Part shown: positions 36,900-50,628 of the stretch, one piece after another
Layout: each line of letters begins with the position of its first letter
How positions within the stretch are numbered: the first letter of the stretch is position 1
Position numbers and translations under genes: made by a program
The notes under the pieces: generated by a model
What the model saw: the letters and a program-made list of their open reading frames with translations, nothing else
Databases searched by the model: none
What the model was told of the DNA's origin: nothing
NCBI RefSeq assembly: GCF_006345805.1
Contig: NC_043002.1
Span: 9,176,001 to 9,240,000 of the forward strand
Direction of reading: 5' to 3'
Source of the DNA: Octopus sinensis
Lineage: Eukaryota
Length of the DNA stretch: 64,000 nt

Positions 36900-39555
36900 G
36901 TAAGTGTCTGTGTGTGATGTGTTATAGTGTTAGCATTTGAGGAAGAAGTGGTGAGGGTGATTTGTGGGTATGGTCCACAAAGTGGAAGAGGGATCACTGA
37001 GAAAGAGGTTTTTAAGGGTGTGCATGGGGGAAACGGAATTAGAGAGAGAAATGTTGAAGGAATTATGCTGTTGGAGTTTTGTGATGAGAAAGAGTTGTGT
37101 GTGGCAAACACGTGGTTTAAGAAAACAGAGAAAAGGAAGATGACATTCAGTGCAGGAGGGAATGAGACAGATTGATTTCGTGTTGGTTGGCAGGAAAAAC
37201 AGAAAGTATCTGAGAGATGCGAAGACAATACCAGGGGAGTTGCAGCACAGACTGGTGGTTGCTGATTTGGATAAGAGGAAAGTTTAAAAGTGTGTGAGAG
37301 GGGGAAACAGTTGGGAGGAGAAAGGTGTGCAAACTGAAGGAAGAAGAAACAAGAGCAAGGTTTGAGGAGCTGGTAAGCATTGATGCACCGGATTTGTGGA
37401 AGTCTTTTAAAGAAGGGGTACTAAAGGGATGTGACGAAGTGTGTGGAAGGACGAAAGGTAGGAGAGATCAAGGAGGTGAGGGATGCGATAGTGAGGAAGA
37501 AAGAGGCGTGTAAAGCTTTGTGTAATAATAGGACTGAGGTATAATAACATGAAGAATCATGCAAAGAGGGTGGTTGTGAGATCTATGAAGAAGGAGGCTG
37601 AGGAGAGGTTGAGATAGCTGGATGAGGACCCAGGTAGAGTGTTTAGGTTTATTAAATCAATGGAAAAAGATGGAATAGATGTTGAGGGAGGAAGATGCAT
37701 GAGGGGGAGTGATGGAAGGGTGAATTTTAGTGAGAAGGACAGGGGAGGAGTTTGGAAGGAGCATATGGAGGGAATTATGAATGAGGAAAATGAATGAGAT
37801 CAGAGGGTGGAAGTTGTTGTAGTGGAGGGGTCAGTGGAGAGGGTTAGTCAGGAAGAAGTAGTAGAGGCAATGAAGGAAATGAAAATGGGAAAGGGCAGCT
37901 AGTCCAGCAGAAGTAAATGTGGAAATGATAATTGCAAGTGGAGAGATAGGGATTGTTGTGATGATGGAGCCTTGCCAGGGTGCGGTGGATGGAAGAGGAA
38001 TGCCAGGGGATTGGGCACAAAGTGTTGTGGTACCGATCTTCAAGGGGAAAGGGAGATGTGATGAGTTGTGGGACATATAGGGGAGTGAAGTTATTGGAGC
38101 ATGCAATGAAGATAGTGGAAAGGGTGTTGGAGAGGAAAATTCGGAAAGGGGTGGATGTGGATGAGATGCAATTTGGTTTTATGCCAGGTAGGGGGACAAT
38201 AGATGCAGTGTTCATTGTAAGGAGATTGCAAGAGGAACACCGGGATAAGGAGAAGTTGTACATGTGCTTTGTTGATCTGCAGAAGGCATTTGATAGGGTT
38301 CCAAGGAAGGTGATTGAGTGGGCATTGAGGAAAAGAGGTGTACTAGAGGTAATAGTGAGGGCAGTGATGAGTTTGTATGAGTGGGTAAAGGCAGATGTTA
38401 GAATTGGATCAGAGCTGTTGGAGGAGTTTGTGATGAAAGTTGGTGTGCATCAGGGATCTGTGTTGTTGCCATTGTTGTTTGCAATAGTGGTTGATGTGGT
38501 GATGGAGAGTGCAAGAGAGGGATTGATAATAATGGAGATGCTGTATGTGGATGACCTTGTTCTGATGAGTGAGACGATGAAAGAATAGAGGGAGAAGTTT
38601 TGGAAATGGGAGGGGGCATTTGAAAGCAAGGGTTTGAAGGTAAACCTCTGGAAGACAAAAGTGATGGTGAGCGGGGTGGAAGGAGAAGTGTTAGTGAGTA
38701 AGGTGGACCCATGTGGTGTGTGTGGGAGGAGGGTAATGGCAAATGCGGTGTTGTGTACGAGATGTGAGAAATGGAGTCCCAGAAGATGTACGAAAATGAA
38801 GAAGGTGACCCCAAGACTGGCGACAGAGTTTGATTGTGGAAGATATGAGAAAGAAGCTGGAGGGCTGGCGGAACCAGTGGAAATGTTATGTGACGAGGTG
38901 GAAATGGTGAGAGGGTTTTGTTATTTGGGAGATAGGGTAGATGTAAGTGGTGGGTGTGAAGAAGCTGTGACAGCAAGAGTGAGACTTGGCTGGGAGAAGC
39001 TCAGGGAATGTGGAGTGCTTTTATGTGGGAAAAGGTTCTCATTAAAGATGAAAGGAAGGGTCCATAAGAGTTGTGTGAGAGCTGCAATGCTGTTTGGGAA
39101 TGAGAATGATGTCTGAGGGGGAGAGAGATGGTAATTTTGAGAAGGACTGAAAGAGCAATGGTGAGAGAAATGTGTGGAGGGAAGTTGTTTGATAAGAGGA
39201 GGACTGAGGATTTGATGGGATTGCTGGGGTTGGAGGAATTGGTGGAATGGTTGGTAAGGGTGAATGGAGTGAAGTGGTATGGGTATGTGTTGAGGAGGGA
39301 TGAAGAGCATGTCCTGAGGAAGGTGATTGCATTTGAGGTAAATGGAGTACGAAAGCAAGGTAAACTGAAGAAAATGTAGAGGAGACAGGTGGAGGGAGAG
39401 ACTGGGAGGGTTGGCTTGAAAAAGGAGGACACACAAAACCAGGCAAGATGGTGTGAGGGTAGTAGTTGCTATGGCACTGAGGTTGATCTGGCCACCTCCA
39501 TTAACAGAGACAAAACCCAGATTTAAAACACTGGATTATGATGATGATGATGATG
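36900..39555 (+). mobile_element. Decayed RTE LINE of a second, purine-rich family (endonuclease C-terminus, RT, (GAT)n tail)
   Basis: VICGYGPQSG, NGIRERNVEG, VANTWFKK, EMQFGFMPGRGTIDAVF, GVHQGSVLLPLLF, YVDDL, VKWYGYV; many stops and frameshifts. Confidence 0.92.
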
Positions 39556-41537
39556 ATATATGTGTCATATATGAGAAAGAGAGTAGCTTCAGGTGTAGGT
39601 GTGTAGTTAAGAAGTTTGCTTCCCCACCACACGGATTCAGGTTCAGTTCCACTGCATGGCACCTATGGCAAATCTCTTCTACTATAGTCATGGGCTGACC
39701 AAAGCCTTGTGAATGGGTTTAGTAGCGAGAAACTGAAAACACTCCATTTTACACATATATGCATAGTATCGGAGATACCCGGCATTGCCCATGTTACATG
39801 CAACTGAAGAATTAGACTTTTCTGTTATATTTTCTGAAATGAACTGGAATATCTATGTTTCGAATTTCATCAAAATTGCAGTTGAGGCTTCTTTCCCTCT
39901 GTACACACCCTAAAAAAATTGTAAACGTGTCACATGTATCCCATACTCCTGATTTTTATGCGCATATTCCAAAATTCCAGTCTTATTGAACATGTTAAGA
40001 GGATTTTGTTCCTGAAAAATGGAGGTTATGGAGCTCTAAAATGTGAGAGTTAAGGCCCCTGTTGGTGGTGGGTGTCTTAATGTCAACCAGAGAAGTTGAA
40101 TTCTTGAGAATCTTTTTAACTTGGTTCTTATATCTATTGTTTGAATTTCTTTGAAATAGGAAATATATGTTCACTGGGTTTGTAAAAGAGAGCAAAGCTA
40201 CAGGAAACCAAAAGACGAATGATTACAATAAGCAGTCAGCTACCCTAACCCAGTCGTTACCACTCCCAATGTAGGATTCCTCACCATCCAGGTGACAGGC
40301 ATAAGATGCATTACGAATCTATAGCAATTGGAAGGGTGTGACCCAACTGAAATAAACATTAACAACTGTGTGACGTGAGGGCTAAGGAAAAATGAAAGTG
40401 TCACCTCTGGAGTTTGTAAATGACCACTATACTGATATGTAACTGGACAGAATAAATTTACAATCTATAAATGTCTTTGAATAACCAGTCACTCATCTGG
40501 GAAGGCCTTGAAATCAATGTTACCATCTGTGGACTATGTGTGACTCCGTGATAATAAAAAGATTGAAAGGAGATCTGCAACCAAATAACTTTACTCAATA
40601 CTTTGCAACTGAATCAGTGGAGGCAAAGATGCCTCTCATTTACTTAACAATTTATGCACCACATTGCAGAAATCACAATGCAAGTATATGTCAAAGCAAA
40701 CTCTTACACTGTTGTACCATTGAATTACAAATAATGCTCATCTTTTATGCTCGGGTAACCCTACAGCTTCCAAGAGCACAACTGTATTTGTTTTTGCTTA
40801 GATAAAGTGACAAAATTGTGGGTGTTAAGTCCCCATGGAGGGGTCTTTCTAACTTTGTAAGAAGATGAAATTTTATAAATATTAATTCATTTGTGTCTAA
40901 TAACTATGGTTAAAATTTCATCAACAGCAAAAATATATGAATTGTCATGGGGATTATGGGCCTTATGCATAGAATATAATTTCCAAATTTCGTAAAGATC
41001 CATTCAGTACTTTTGACCTAGTTTTGGATCATAAAAGAAATGACTAAAATTTGAGAGTTAAGGCCCCCATTAGGGTGTCTTATAATCCTCATGTGAAGTG
41101 GAAACTTTGAGAATACTTCTTGATTTGTGTCAATTACCCATGGTTGAAATTTCATCAACATCAAAAATTTATGAATTTTTATGGAGGTTCTGCCCCCTTT
41201 AAGCCATCTGAAATTCAAACCAAACATATTGCATTATACCTGCCCTTATGCATTGAATCTAAGTGTCAAATATCATAAGAATCCATTCAGTAATTTTGGT
41301 CCATGAAATTGTATGAAACACACAGCATTACCCTTCTCCCTACACTTGGATTTTGTGTTCCTAATTCATTATGATCAGTGCAGCAGTTTTCAAATGTGTA
41401 AGTAACACACGAACACACAAAAAGACATTGACTTTGATATAATAGATATGAATATGCACATATACATACATGTATATATATATATATGTGTGTGTGTGTA
41501 TTTGTCTGTGTCTGTGCATGTATGTATGTGTGTGTAT

Positions 41538-41606
<69 letters not shown>

Positions 41607-42415
41607 ATATACATATATATACATACATACATATATATGTGTGTGTGTACATACACACAAAGATAAATTGATAGATACAACTGAGTGGACAAACAAAAAT
41701 ATGAGACACAGCCTAGTGCTTCTTTTTATGTGATTAGCCTGGTACTTACTCCATTAGTATCTTGTGAAACCAGTAAGTTATGGGGATGTAAATAAATGAA
41801 CAGCAGTTGTGAAGCAGGGATGAGGGCGAAACACAGAGATGAAGACACACACATACACTTATAGATTTATATACGATTGAGTTCTTTTAGTTTCTGTCTA
41901 CGAAATGCATATATATATATATGTATACACATATACACAAGATAAATTGATAGATACAACTGAGTGGGCAAACAAAAATATGAGACACTGCCTAGTGCTT
42001 TTTTTTTTATTTTGATAAGCCTGGTACTTATTCTATCAATTTCTTCTTGTGAAACCAGTAAGTTATGGGAATGTAAATAAACGAACACCAGTTGTGAGGC
42101 AGTGATGAGGGAGAAACACAAAGACACACACATAGGCTTACATATATACATACATATACAAACAATTGATTTCTTTCAGTTTCTGTCTACAAAATCCACT
42201 GACAAGGCTTTGGCTAGTCTGAGGCGATAGCAGAAGACACGTGCCAAGTCACCACATAGTGGGACTGAACCCAGGACTATGTGTTTTGGAACCAAGTTTG
42301 TTACCACACAGCCACACCTGCACCTATGTATATGTGTGTGTTTGTGTATGTGTGTATATATGTATGCATGTATATATGTGTACATATTACATGTACATCT
42401 TTATATATATATATA

Positions 42416-42446
<31 letters not shown>

Positions 42447-42650
42447 CTGCCTCTAATGGAATTATCTCCAATATTTCATGAGTATAACCTCACCCACTAA
42501 GATGTCTAGAGAACTCATATGTATTTTAGCTGATGAGTACGGGACACTTTTATCTGCTGCAATTTTTGCTACTTGTAATAAAGCCTGTCTTTGTATGAAA
42601 CAATTGTACTAAAAACTAATCCATTCTTGTTGCTTCTTTCTCGTATATAT

Positions 42651-45600
42651 ATCATCATCATCATCATCATCATCATTTAACGTCCGCTTTCCATGCTAGC
42701 ATGGGTTGGACGGTTCAACTGGGGTCTGGGGAGCCCGAAAGCTGCCCCAGTCCAGTCAGATCTGGCAGTGTTTCTACAGCTGGATGCCCTTCCTAACGCC
42801 AACCACTCCGAGAGTGTAGTGGGTGATTTTATGTGCCACCGACACAGGTGCCAGACGAGGTGGCAGACGGCCACGCTCGGATGGTGTTTTTTATGTGCCA
42901 CCGACACAGGTGCCAGACGAGGCTGGCAGACGGCCACGCTCGGATGGTGTTTTTATGTGCCACCGACACAGGTGCCAGATGAGGCTGGCAAACGGCCACG
43001 ATCGGATGGTGTTTGTTACGTGCCCACAGCACGGAGGCCAGTCGATGCGGTACTGGCTACGGCCACGTTCGGATGGTTTTCTTGTGTGCCACGTGCCACC
43101 GGCACTGGTACCACAAAGATACAAATTCCATTGATGTTCATCTATTTTGATTTGTTTTGATTTTCACTTGCCTCAACAGGTCGGTAAGCACAGGTGGACT
43201 GACTACGTCCCAGGTAAGGCCACGGGTTATGGCCTGACTAGTCTTGCCGGGTCTTTGGATGGTGTTTTTATGTGCCACTGACACAGGTGCCATATGAGGC
43301 TGGCGAACGGCCACGATCGGATGGTGTTTGTTACGTGCCCACAGCACGGAGGCCAGTCGATGCGGTACTGGCTACGGCCACGTTCGGATGGTATTCTTGT
43401 GTGCCACCGGCACTGGTACCACAAAGATACAAATTCCATTAATGTTCATCTATTTTGATTTGTTTTGATTTGATTTGATTTGATTTTGATTTTCACTTGC
43501 CTCAACAGGTCTTCACAAGTGTCACAAGAAGGAAGGTATGCACAGGTGGACTGACTACGTCCCAGGTAGGGGCCACAGGTTATGGCCTGACTAGTCTTGC
43601 CGGGTCTTCGGATGGTGTGTTTATGTGCCACTGACACAGGTGCCAGATGAGGCTGGCGAACGGCCACGATCGGATGGTGTTTGTTACATGCCCACAGCAC
43701 GGAGGCCAGTCGGTGCGGTACTGGCTACGGCCACTTTCGGATGGTTTTCTTGTGTGCCACCGGCACTGGTACCACAAAGATACAAATTCCATTGATGTTC
43801 ATCTATTTTGATTTGTTTTGATTTGATTTTGATTTTCACTTGCCTCAACAGGCCTTCACAAGTATCACAAGAAGGAAGGTATGCACAGGTGGACTGACTA
43901 CGTCCCAGGTAGGTGCCATGGGTTATGGCCTGACTAGTCTTGCCGGGTCTTCGGATGGTGTTTTTATGTGCCACCGACACAGGTGCTAGATGAGGCTGGC
44001 GAACGGCCACGATCGGATGGTGTTTGTTATGTGCCCACAGCACGATGGCCAGTGATGCGGTACTGACTACGGCCACGTTCGGATGGATTCTTGTGTGCCA
44101 CCGGCACTGGTACCACAAAGATACAAATTCCATTGATGTTCATCTATTTTGATTTGTTTTCATTTTCACTTGCCTCAACAGGTCTTCACAAGTGTCACAA
44201 GAAGGAAGGTATGTACAGGTGGACTGACTACGTCCCAGGTAGGGGCCACGGGTTATGACCTGACTAGTCTTGCCGGGTCTTCGGATGGTGTTTTTATGTG
44301 CCACTGACACAGGTGCCATATGAGGCTGGCGAACGGCCACGATCGGATGGTGTTTGTCATGTTCCCACAGCAAGGAGGCCAGTCGATGCAGTACTGGCTA
44401 CGGCCACGTTCGGATGGTTTTCTTGTGTGCCACAGGCACTGGTACCACAAAGATACAAATTCCATTGATGTTCATCTATTTTGATTTGTTTTGATTGATT
44501 TTCACTTGCCTCAGCAGGTCTTCACAAGTGTCACAAGAAGGAAGGTATGCACAGGTGGATCGACTACGTCCCAGGTAGGGGCCACGGGATATGGCCTGAC
44601 TAGTCCTGCCGGGTCCTCTCATGCACAGCACACTTCCATAGGACTCGGTCTTTAGTCATTTCCTTGGTGAGACCTAAAGTTCGAAGGTCGTGCTTCACCA
44701 CCTCGTCCCAGGTTTTCCTGGGTCTACCTCTTCCACAGGTTCCCTCAACTGCTAGGGTGTAGCACTTTTGCACACAACTATCTTCAGCCATTCTCATCAC
44801 ATGACCATACCAGCGCAGCCGTCTCTCTTGCACACCACAACTGACACTTCTTAGGTTCAACTTTTCTCTCAAAGTACTTACACTCTGACGATTATGAACA
44901 CTGACATTACACATCCATCGGAGCATACTGGCTTCATTTCTTGCGAGCTGACGCATATCCTCAGCAGTCACGGCCCATGTTTCACTACCATGTAGCATGG
45001 CTGTACGTACACACGCATCATATAGTCTGCCTTTTACTCTTAGCGAGAGGCCTTTTGTCACCAGCAGGGGTAAGAGCTCTCTAAACTTTGCCCAGGCTAT
45101 TCTTACTCTAGCAGTTACACTTTCAGCACACCCACCCCCGCTACTGACTTGGTCTCCTAGGTAGCGGAAGCTATCAACTACTTCTAGTTTGTCTCCCTGG
45201 AACGTGGTAGAAGTTGGTCTCTGCACATTTCCAGTGTTTATTGCTCCTGAGCATCTGCCACAGACAAAAACTATTTTCTTAGTTAGCCTTCCTTTGACAT
45301 TGCTGCACCTCTTATGTGTCCATAGCTTACACTTGGTGCACCTTATAGAGTTTCTACCTACACCTTTTTTACAGATCGAGCAGGGCCATCTACCTGAAGT
45401 CGTTTGTGATTGGTCCACCTTCCTACTTATTAGGACTTTGGTTTTGGCTAGGTTGATTCTAAGGCCCTTCGATTCTAATCCTTGTTTCCACACCTGAAAC
45501 TTCTCCTCCAGTTCTGATAGTGACTCAGCAATTAGAGCAAGGTCATCAGCATAGAGGAGCTCCCAGGGGCATCCTGTCTTGAATTCCTCCGTTATTGCCT

Positions 45601-45665
45601 GGAGGACTATGATAAATAGGAGGGGACTGAGGACTGAACCTTGGTGGACCCCAACCTCTACCCGG
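42651..45665 (-). mobile_element. 5'-truncated RTE LINE with tandemly amplified 3' region
   Basis: GVHQGSVLSPLL, LLYADDL and a 297-aa ORF (44600-45493) ending RLRWYGHV...RTRQD*; followed by about 4.5 tandem 310-350-bp units and a family R terminus. Confidence 0.93.
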
Positions 45666-45679
45666 ATATATATATATAT

Positions 45680-46230
45680 ATATTTATATATTAGAAGGTT
45701 TGGAGATGATGTACAGGTATTTTTATATTAGAAGAAATGAGGTATTCAGAAATTCGGATGGTTTTATATTTACAGATATTTATTTGTATATTACATGTTT
45801 TTATACATCATATAACTTATATCATATATCATATATTAGCGCTTTTGTCCATTCTAGTGGAGTTTTCAAATTGAACTAAGTTCTTGGGGAAAATTTGACT
45901 ATTTTGGTTGATATTTCCTGTTGAAGGAATGCAAACAAATACCCTTCAAAGTGGGAAATAGTAATCTGGTTGTTGGTCCATGACAGACTGCTTTGATGAT
46001 CAATGTCACTATCATCTTGGAGCTTTCTACTAACATATATCCATGCATGGTCTTCTGCTCATATATACTCATCCTTTCATATGATGATTTGTTGCAGTAG
46101 AGTTGTGTGACTTCTTTGAGCATGTATTTAAGGTCATCAGGCAAGGAGCTGCCTTCCAAGTCTGATGATGTTATCAGCCTCATGTATGGTGGGCAGGTGG
46201 GCAGGCCAAATTTTGTTTGAAACATATCTA
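45680..46230 (-). mobile_element. R4/Dong-like non-LTR retrotransposon fragment
   Basis: Frameshifted KTMHGY...DIDHQSSLSW...SHFEGYLFAFLQQEISTK resembles the post-RT HG...SxxW...EGxxxAxQxQxIxT motif of R4-clade elements. Confidence 0.6.
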
Positions 46231-46269
46231 AGTTATATGCTTACATTTCAGCCAAAAATTGGCCCAGAC

Positions 46270-46680
46270 CATGTGTAATTTAATAGCACCACTTGATAGA
46301 ATCTATTAAGTTATTTTTAAGTCATATTTTGTGATATCATGGTCAATTCACATAAGTAGTAGTTCACTGTGATGTATTGAAGAATAGGTGGCTTGCCTGG
46401 GTAACATTTGAAGAAATTTGTCCAGATATCATTTGAAAGGGCTGGAATCTTTTTCTTTGATTTGTTTTGGGATAATCTTAAATAGAGCAGAGCCTGATGA
46501 GGAAAAGTAATTGTGTTACAGTGTATTTGTGTAGGGAGTCTGAATTGTGTAAGAGATGCACTGTATGGGGTGCATCTCTTAGATGAATTCTGAATTTGAT
46601 GTTAAGATCATTTGGGCCATAGTGTGGTATACTCTCCACATTGTGCAAATGATGTAGTGCTCAGAGCAGCATTGGAGAGA
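46270..46680 (-). mobile_element. Decayed CR1/L2-group LINE 3' coding remnant
   Basis: HNYFSSSGSALFKIIPKQIKEKDSSPFK*YLDKFLQMLP resembles the GPxLFNxLP...FKxxLDKFL C-terminus. Confidence 0.6.
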
Positions 46681-46684
46681 ATAA

Positions 46685-46915
46685 ATTTAAAATAATAATA
46701 ATGAAATTATTGTATACAGTGCTCAGGTGCACCACAACTTGTCAGAGTATATGCAGTAATGTACAAATGTCTGGAAAGCGAACAATGCATGAGTCAGATA
46801 CATGCTTGTGTGTGTATGGAGGGGAGAAAATCAGGTGTAGTGTTGGCGAATCTCAGAAAGCATGGAAGTTTTGAAGGATGCGGTGCTCCGACAACTAACA
46901 ACTGATGCCGGCATT
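46685..46915 (-). mobile_element. (ATT)n-tailed retroposon 3' end; second copy at 57555-57780 (+)
   Basis: Two inverted copies sharing gacaagttgtggtgcacctgagcac..tatacaataatttc(att)n. Confidence 0.8.
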
Positions 46916-46984
46916 TCAATGTTTTAAGGCAGCTCCAATAACACAGTGCATGTCAAGTGCTTTGCGGGCACCAATGCAGCCAAT

Positions 46985-47141
46985 GCGTGACCCTTAATTG
47001 ATAACAGTGTCAGCCAGGGAGTTTGACTGGGGCAGCATGTCTCTCAAATGGTTACACAGGTATCCCAAGGCAAGCTCAGCGTGGATGGAAACCACACATC
47101 AAGGAAAGGAGCAAAAGCTTGCTCTATCTTGACAAAAAAAA
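46985..47141 (+). pseudogene. Decayed 28S rRNA fragment (domain V) with short A tail
   Basis: GGGAGTTTGACTGGGGC...CAAATGGTTACACAGGTATCCCAAGGCAAGCTCAG...GCAAAAGCTTGCT..ATCTTGA follows the conserved LSU sequence with many C>T and G>A changes. Confidence 0.8.
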
Positions 47142-47717
47142 GAGATCAACTGGATGAGTTTCAATCCTCTCTTGGGATATCATCAGCAATTTAGTATTTA
47201 AACTGGATAAACTATAAAAATGGTCTATCCAGTTTATTTAAGCCCATCACTAATAGTGGGTTTATTAGCAATGTCTCTGTGAACAATAATATAGGATCAT
47301 TCTATTTCTGGTGAAATCCAGATACAGGATTGATTGTAGTCTAAATGATCCCGCTTTTTCTGTCCACAATGAGACTATGTAATAGTCTATACATATAGTG
47401 TTGACTAAAAACTATACAATCTGGGATACAGTCTAACTCTTTGCTCTAAGGGAGATAATTCATTCACTAGTTATTTTATTTGTAATTTTTGTAATATAAA
47501 ATACCTGAAATAAAAAAAAATTAAATTAATATTGCCTTCGATATCAATAAAATTCAAATTTTTTTCTTCTCAGGAATAAAAATGTGAAATTGCTAATTGA
47601 GGTTGAGCTTACATGGAATTCAAAAAAAAAATTAAATGATTGTAACTATAAGTAAAATTCCTAAAGTATATAACTAAAGTAGCTGGCATTTTTCATGATA
47701 TACAAAATGTTATATAT

Positions 47718-47756
<39 letters not shown>

Positions 47757-48789
47757 GTTTAGCGTCCGTTTTCCGTGCTAGCATGGGTTGGACGGTTCGA
47801 CCGGGGTCTGGGAAGCCAGGAGGCTGCACCAGGCTCCAGTCTGATCTGGTAGTGTTTCTACAGCTGGATGCCCTTCCTAATGCCAACCACTCCGTGAGTG
47901 TAGTGGGTGCTTTTTATGTGCCACCGGCACAGGTGCCAGGGGAGGCTGGCAGCATAGTTTCTATAAAAATTAAGTTTGTAACAAAAGCAAACAAAAATAG
48001 TTGGGGCAAGGATTTTTTTAAAATTATATACTCATTTTTTTTATTTGTCAGGTAGCATTCACACATCTGGAGATTATTGACCAGAGTGGTGTGTGGAAAT
48101 CTCAAAATAAGCAAATCTAGTACACTCTCTTTTTTTACTTGTTTCAGTCATTTGACTGTGGCCATGCTGGAGCACCGCCTTTAGTCAAGCAAATCAACCC
48201 CGGGACTTATTCTTTGTAAGCCCAGTACTTATTCTATCGGTCTCTTTTGCCGAACCACTAAGTGACGGGGACGTAAACACACCAGCATCGGTTGTCAAGC
48301 AATGCTAGGGGGACAAACACAGACACACGAACACACACACGCTTATATATACATATATACGACGGGCTTCTTTCAGTTTCCGTCTACCAAATCCACTCAC
48401 AAGGCTTTGGTCGACCCGAGGCTATAGTCGAAGACACTTGCCCAAGGTGCCACACAGTGGGACTGACCCCGGAACCATGTGGTTGGTTAGCAAGCTACTT
48501 ACCACACAGCCACTCGTGAAAACCATTAGGATAATGGTGTTATGGTGATAATGATGATGATAATGTAGTAGTGGTGATGATGATGATGATGATGGTTTGC
48601 TTATTTTCCCTTGGCTTTTCAATTTCGATAACACGCAGAAGCCACTTATCATAACAAAGAGGAACAAGGTCACCTGTTAGGTAACAATGACTGCCAGGTA
48701 ACAAAAGATCAGTCACTCGGCTTTGCCTACCTTAGCAAGTGGCTTTGTAATAAATATATTTAAATTACAACTGCCACAACTATAGCCAT

Positions 48790-48841
48790 ACTACTACTAC
48801 TATACACAACATACTACTGCTACTACTACTACTCCTAATAC

Positions 48842-48895
<54 letters not shown>

Positions 48896-48930
48896 CAGCA
48901 GTAGTAGTAGTAATAGTTGTAGTAGTAGTG
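48790..48930. repeat. (CTA)n / (TAG)n inverted trinucleotide tracts
   Basis: (CTA)n at about 48790-48840 followed by (TAG)n to 48930. Confidence 0.9.
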
Positions 48931-49372
48931 TGTATAGAAAGACATGTTACTGAAGGAACCTCTACATTGTTGTTCAGCCTGCTAGAAGAAGCAGCGAAAT
49001 TTAACTTTAACTTACACACCATTGTCTTAAAAGGGGAAAGGCACATTGGATAGTGTAGCTCTAGATAGACTATGCTTGCAAGAAGGATGAGATGGTTATG
49101 GCAGAAGTACTTTTGAGCATACACCAAAATTAGCATGGACTTGGAGCTAAACAACTGCTATATAATGTGGAGGCGCGTGGCTTAGTGGTTAGGGTGTCAG
49201 CACCATGATCATAAGATTGTGGTTTCGATTCCTGGACTGGGCAACGCCTTGTGTTCTTGAGCAAAACACTTCATTTCACGTTGCTCCAGTCCACTCAGCT
49301 GGCAAAAATGAGTAATGCTGCAATGGACTGGCATCCCGTCCAGCTGGGAAACACATACGCCATTGAATAAGG

Positions 49373-49765
49373 CGGCGAGCTGGCAGAAACATTAGCACGC
49401 CGGGCGAAATGCGTAGCCATATTTCGTCTGCCGTTACGTTCTGAGTTCAAATTCCGCCGAGGTCAACTTTGCCTTTCATCCTTTCGGGGTCGATAAATTA
49501 AATATCAGTTACGCACTGGATTTGATGTAATCGACTTAGTCCGTTTGTCTGTCCTCTTTGTGTTTAGCCCCTTGTGGGTAGTAAAGAAATAGGTATTTCG
49601 TCTGCCGTTACATTCTGAGTTCAAATTCCGCCATGGTCGACTTTGCCTTTCATCCTTTTGGGGTCGATAAATTAAGTACCAGTTATGCACTGGGGTCGAT
49701 GTAATCGACTTAATCCGTTTGTCCTCTCTGTATTTAGCCCCTTGTGGGTAGTAAAGAAATAGGTA
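49373..49765 (+). mobile_element. Tandem dimer of the second SINE family (full copy plus headless copy); same arrangement at 17381-17780
   Basis: Second unit restarts at ggtatttcgtctg immediately after the aaagaaata tail. Confidence 0.85.
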
Positions 49766-50087
49766 CTACTACTACTACTACTACTATACCAGATAACATA
49801 CTATTGCTATTACTAATACTTAATATTATTATTCCCCTTTAGACTTAAAACTCTTATAATTTTTATTTCATTTATTTTTAATTTTGCTATTTCTAAAGAT
49901 AGGTTTAATCCATACTGAAGGATTATCGCCTGGAGAGGAGTAAAAAGTAAAATGAAACCCAGGCAGGAATGAAATGGAAAATTAAAATCTGGATAATTTG
50001 ACCCTGTATTCTGTCTCATAAATATGTGTATGTATATGCATGTATGTATTTATGTACGTACGTATGTATGTATGTATGTATGTATGT

Positions 50088-50628
50088 GTCAGGTTACTTT
50101 CGAGTGCTACTGGTAACATGTAACCCAGTACAACCTGTTCCATGGTCGGGTCGTCGGCAACTAAACCGGCAACCCCACCAAGCTTGCTTGGTGAGGAGGG
50201 TGTTTATTGGACACCCTGCGGGATGAAAAACAAAACCCGTCAAAGGGCGGAGGAACTCTTGAGAGTCAACAGCCATCCAATAAATGTCTTAAGGCTGTAT
50301 CATGCGCGGGGACATAGAAATAATCGGACTGAATACCCGATCGACTCCTAGCCTTTGTTAGGGCATCCTTCTAGGAGAAGGTAACTCAGGTAACTGGGAT
50401 AACTCTGACATAAAACCTGCGGCTCAGTGGTCACCGATGATGCTGACTTGTTCTTCTTTTCGGATTATATCTGCTGTTGCTTAGTGAGTGGGATTGACTC
50501 AGTGCACAGCTTTTCCTCACTTTAAAAAAAATCTTCTTGCACAGGCATTGCACGATAACAACATTGATTAAGCTTCGTGCAATGGCCATACTCGATAACG
50601 AGGGGATAGCCACCATATATGTATGTAT
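50088..50628 (+). mobile_element. Probable non-autonomous RTE-related element embedded in (TATG)n
   Basis: RTE-5'UTR-like gggcatccttctaggagaaggtaactc, terminal hairpin CTCG-ATAA-CGAG, (TATG)n on both sides, no coding remnant. Confidence 0.5.

Noticed and set aside
42815-42860. HDV-like ribozyme in the family R body
   Set aside because: Could not place P1, P1.1, P3 and J4/2 consistently by eye; needs a descriptor search.
44600-45493. 297-aa ORF as a host gene
   Set aside because: It is the C-terminal part of RTE ORF2.
48010-48060. Plus-strand exon after tttttatttgtcag
   Set aside because: Isolated acceptor with only a weak donor and no compatible neighbouring exons.
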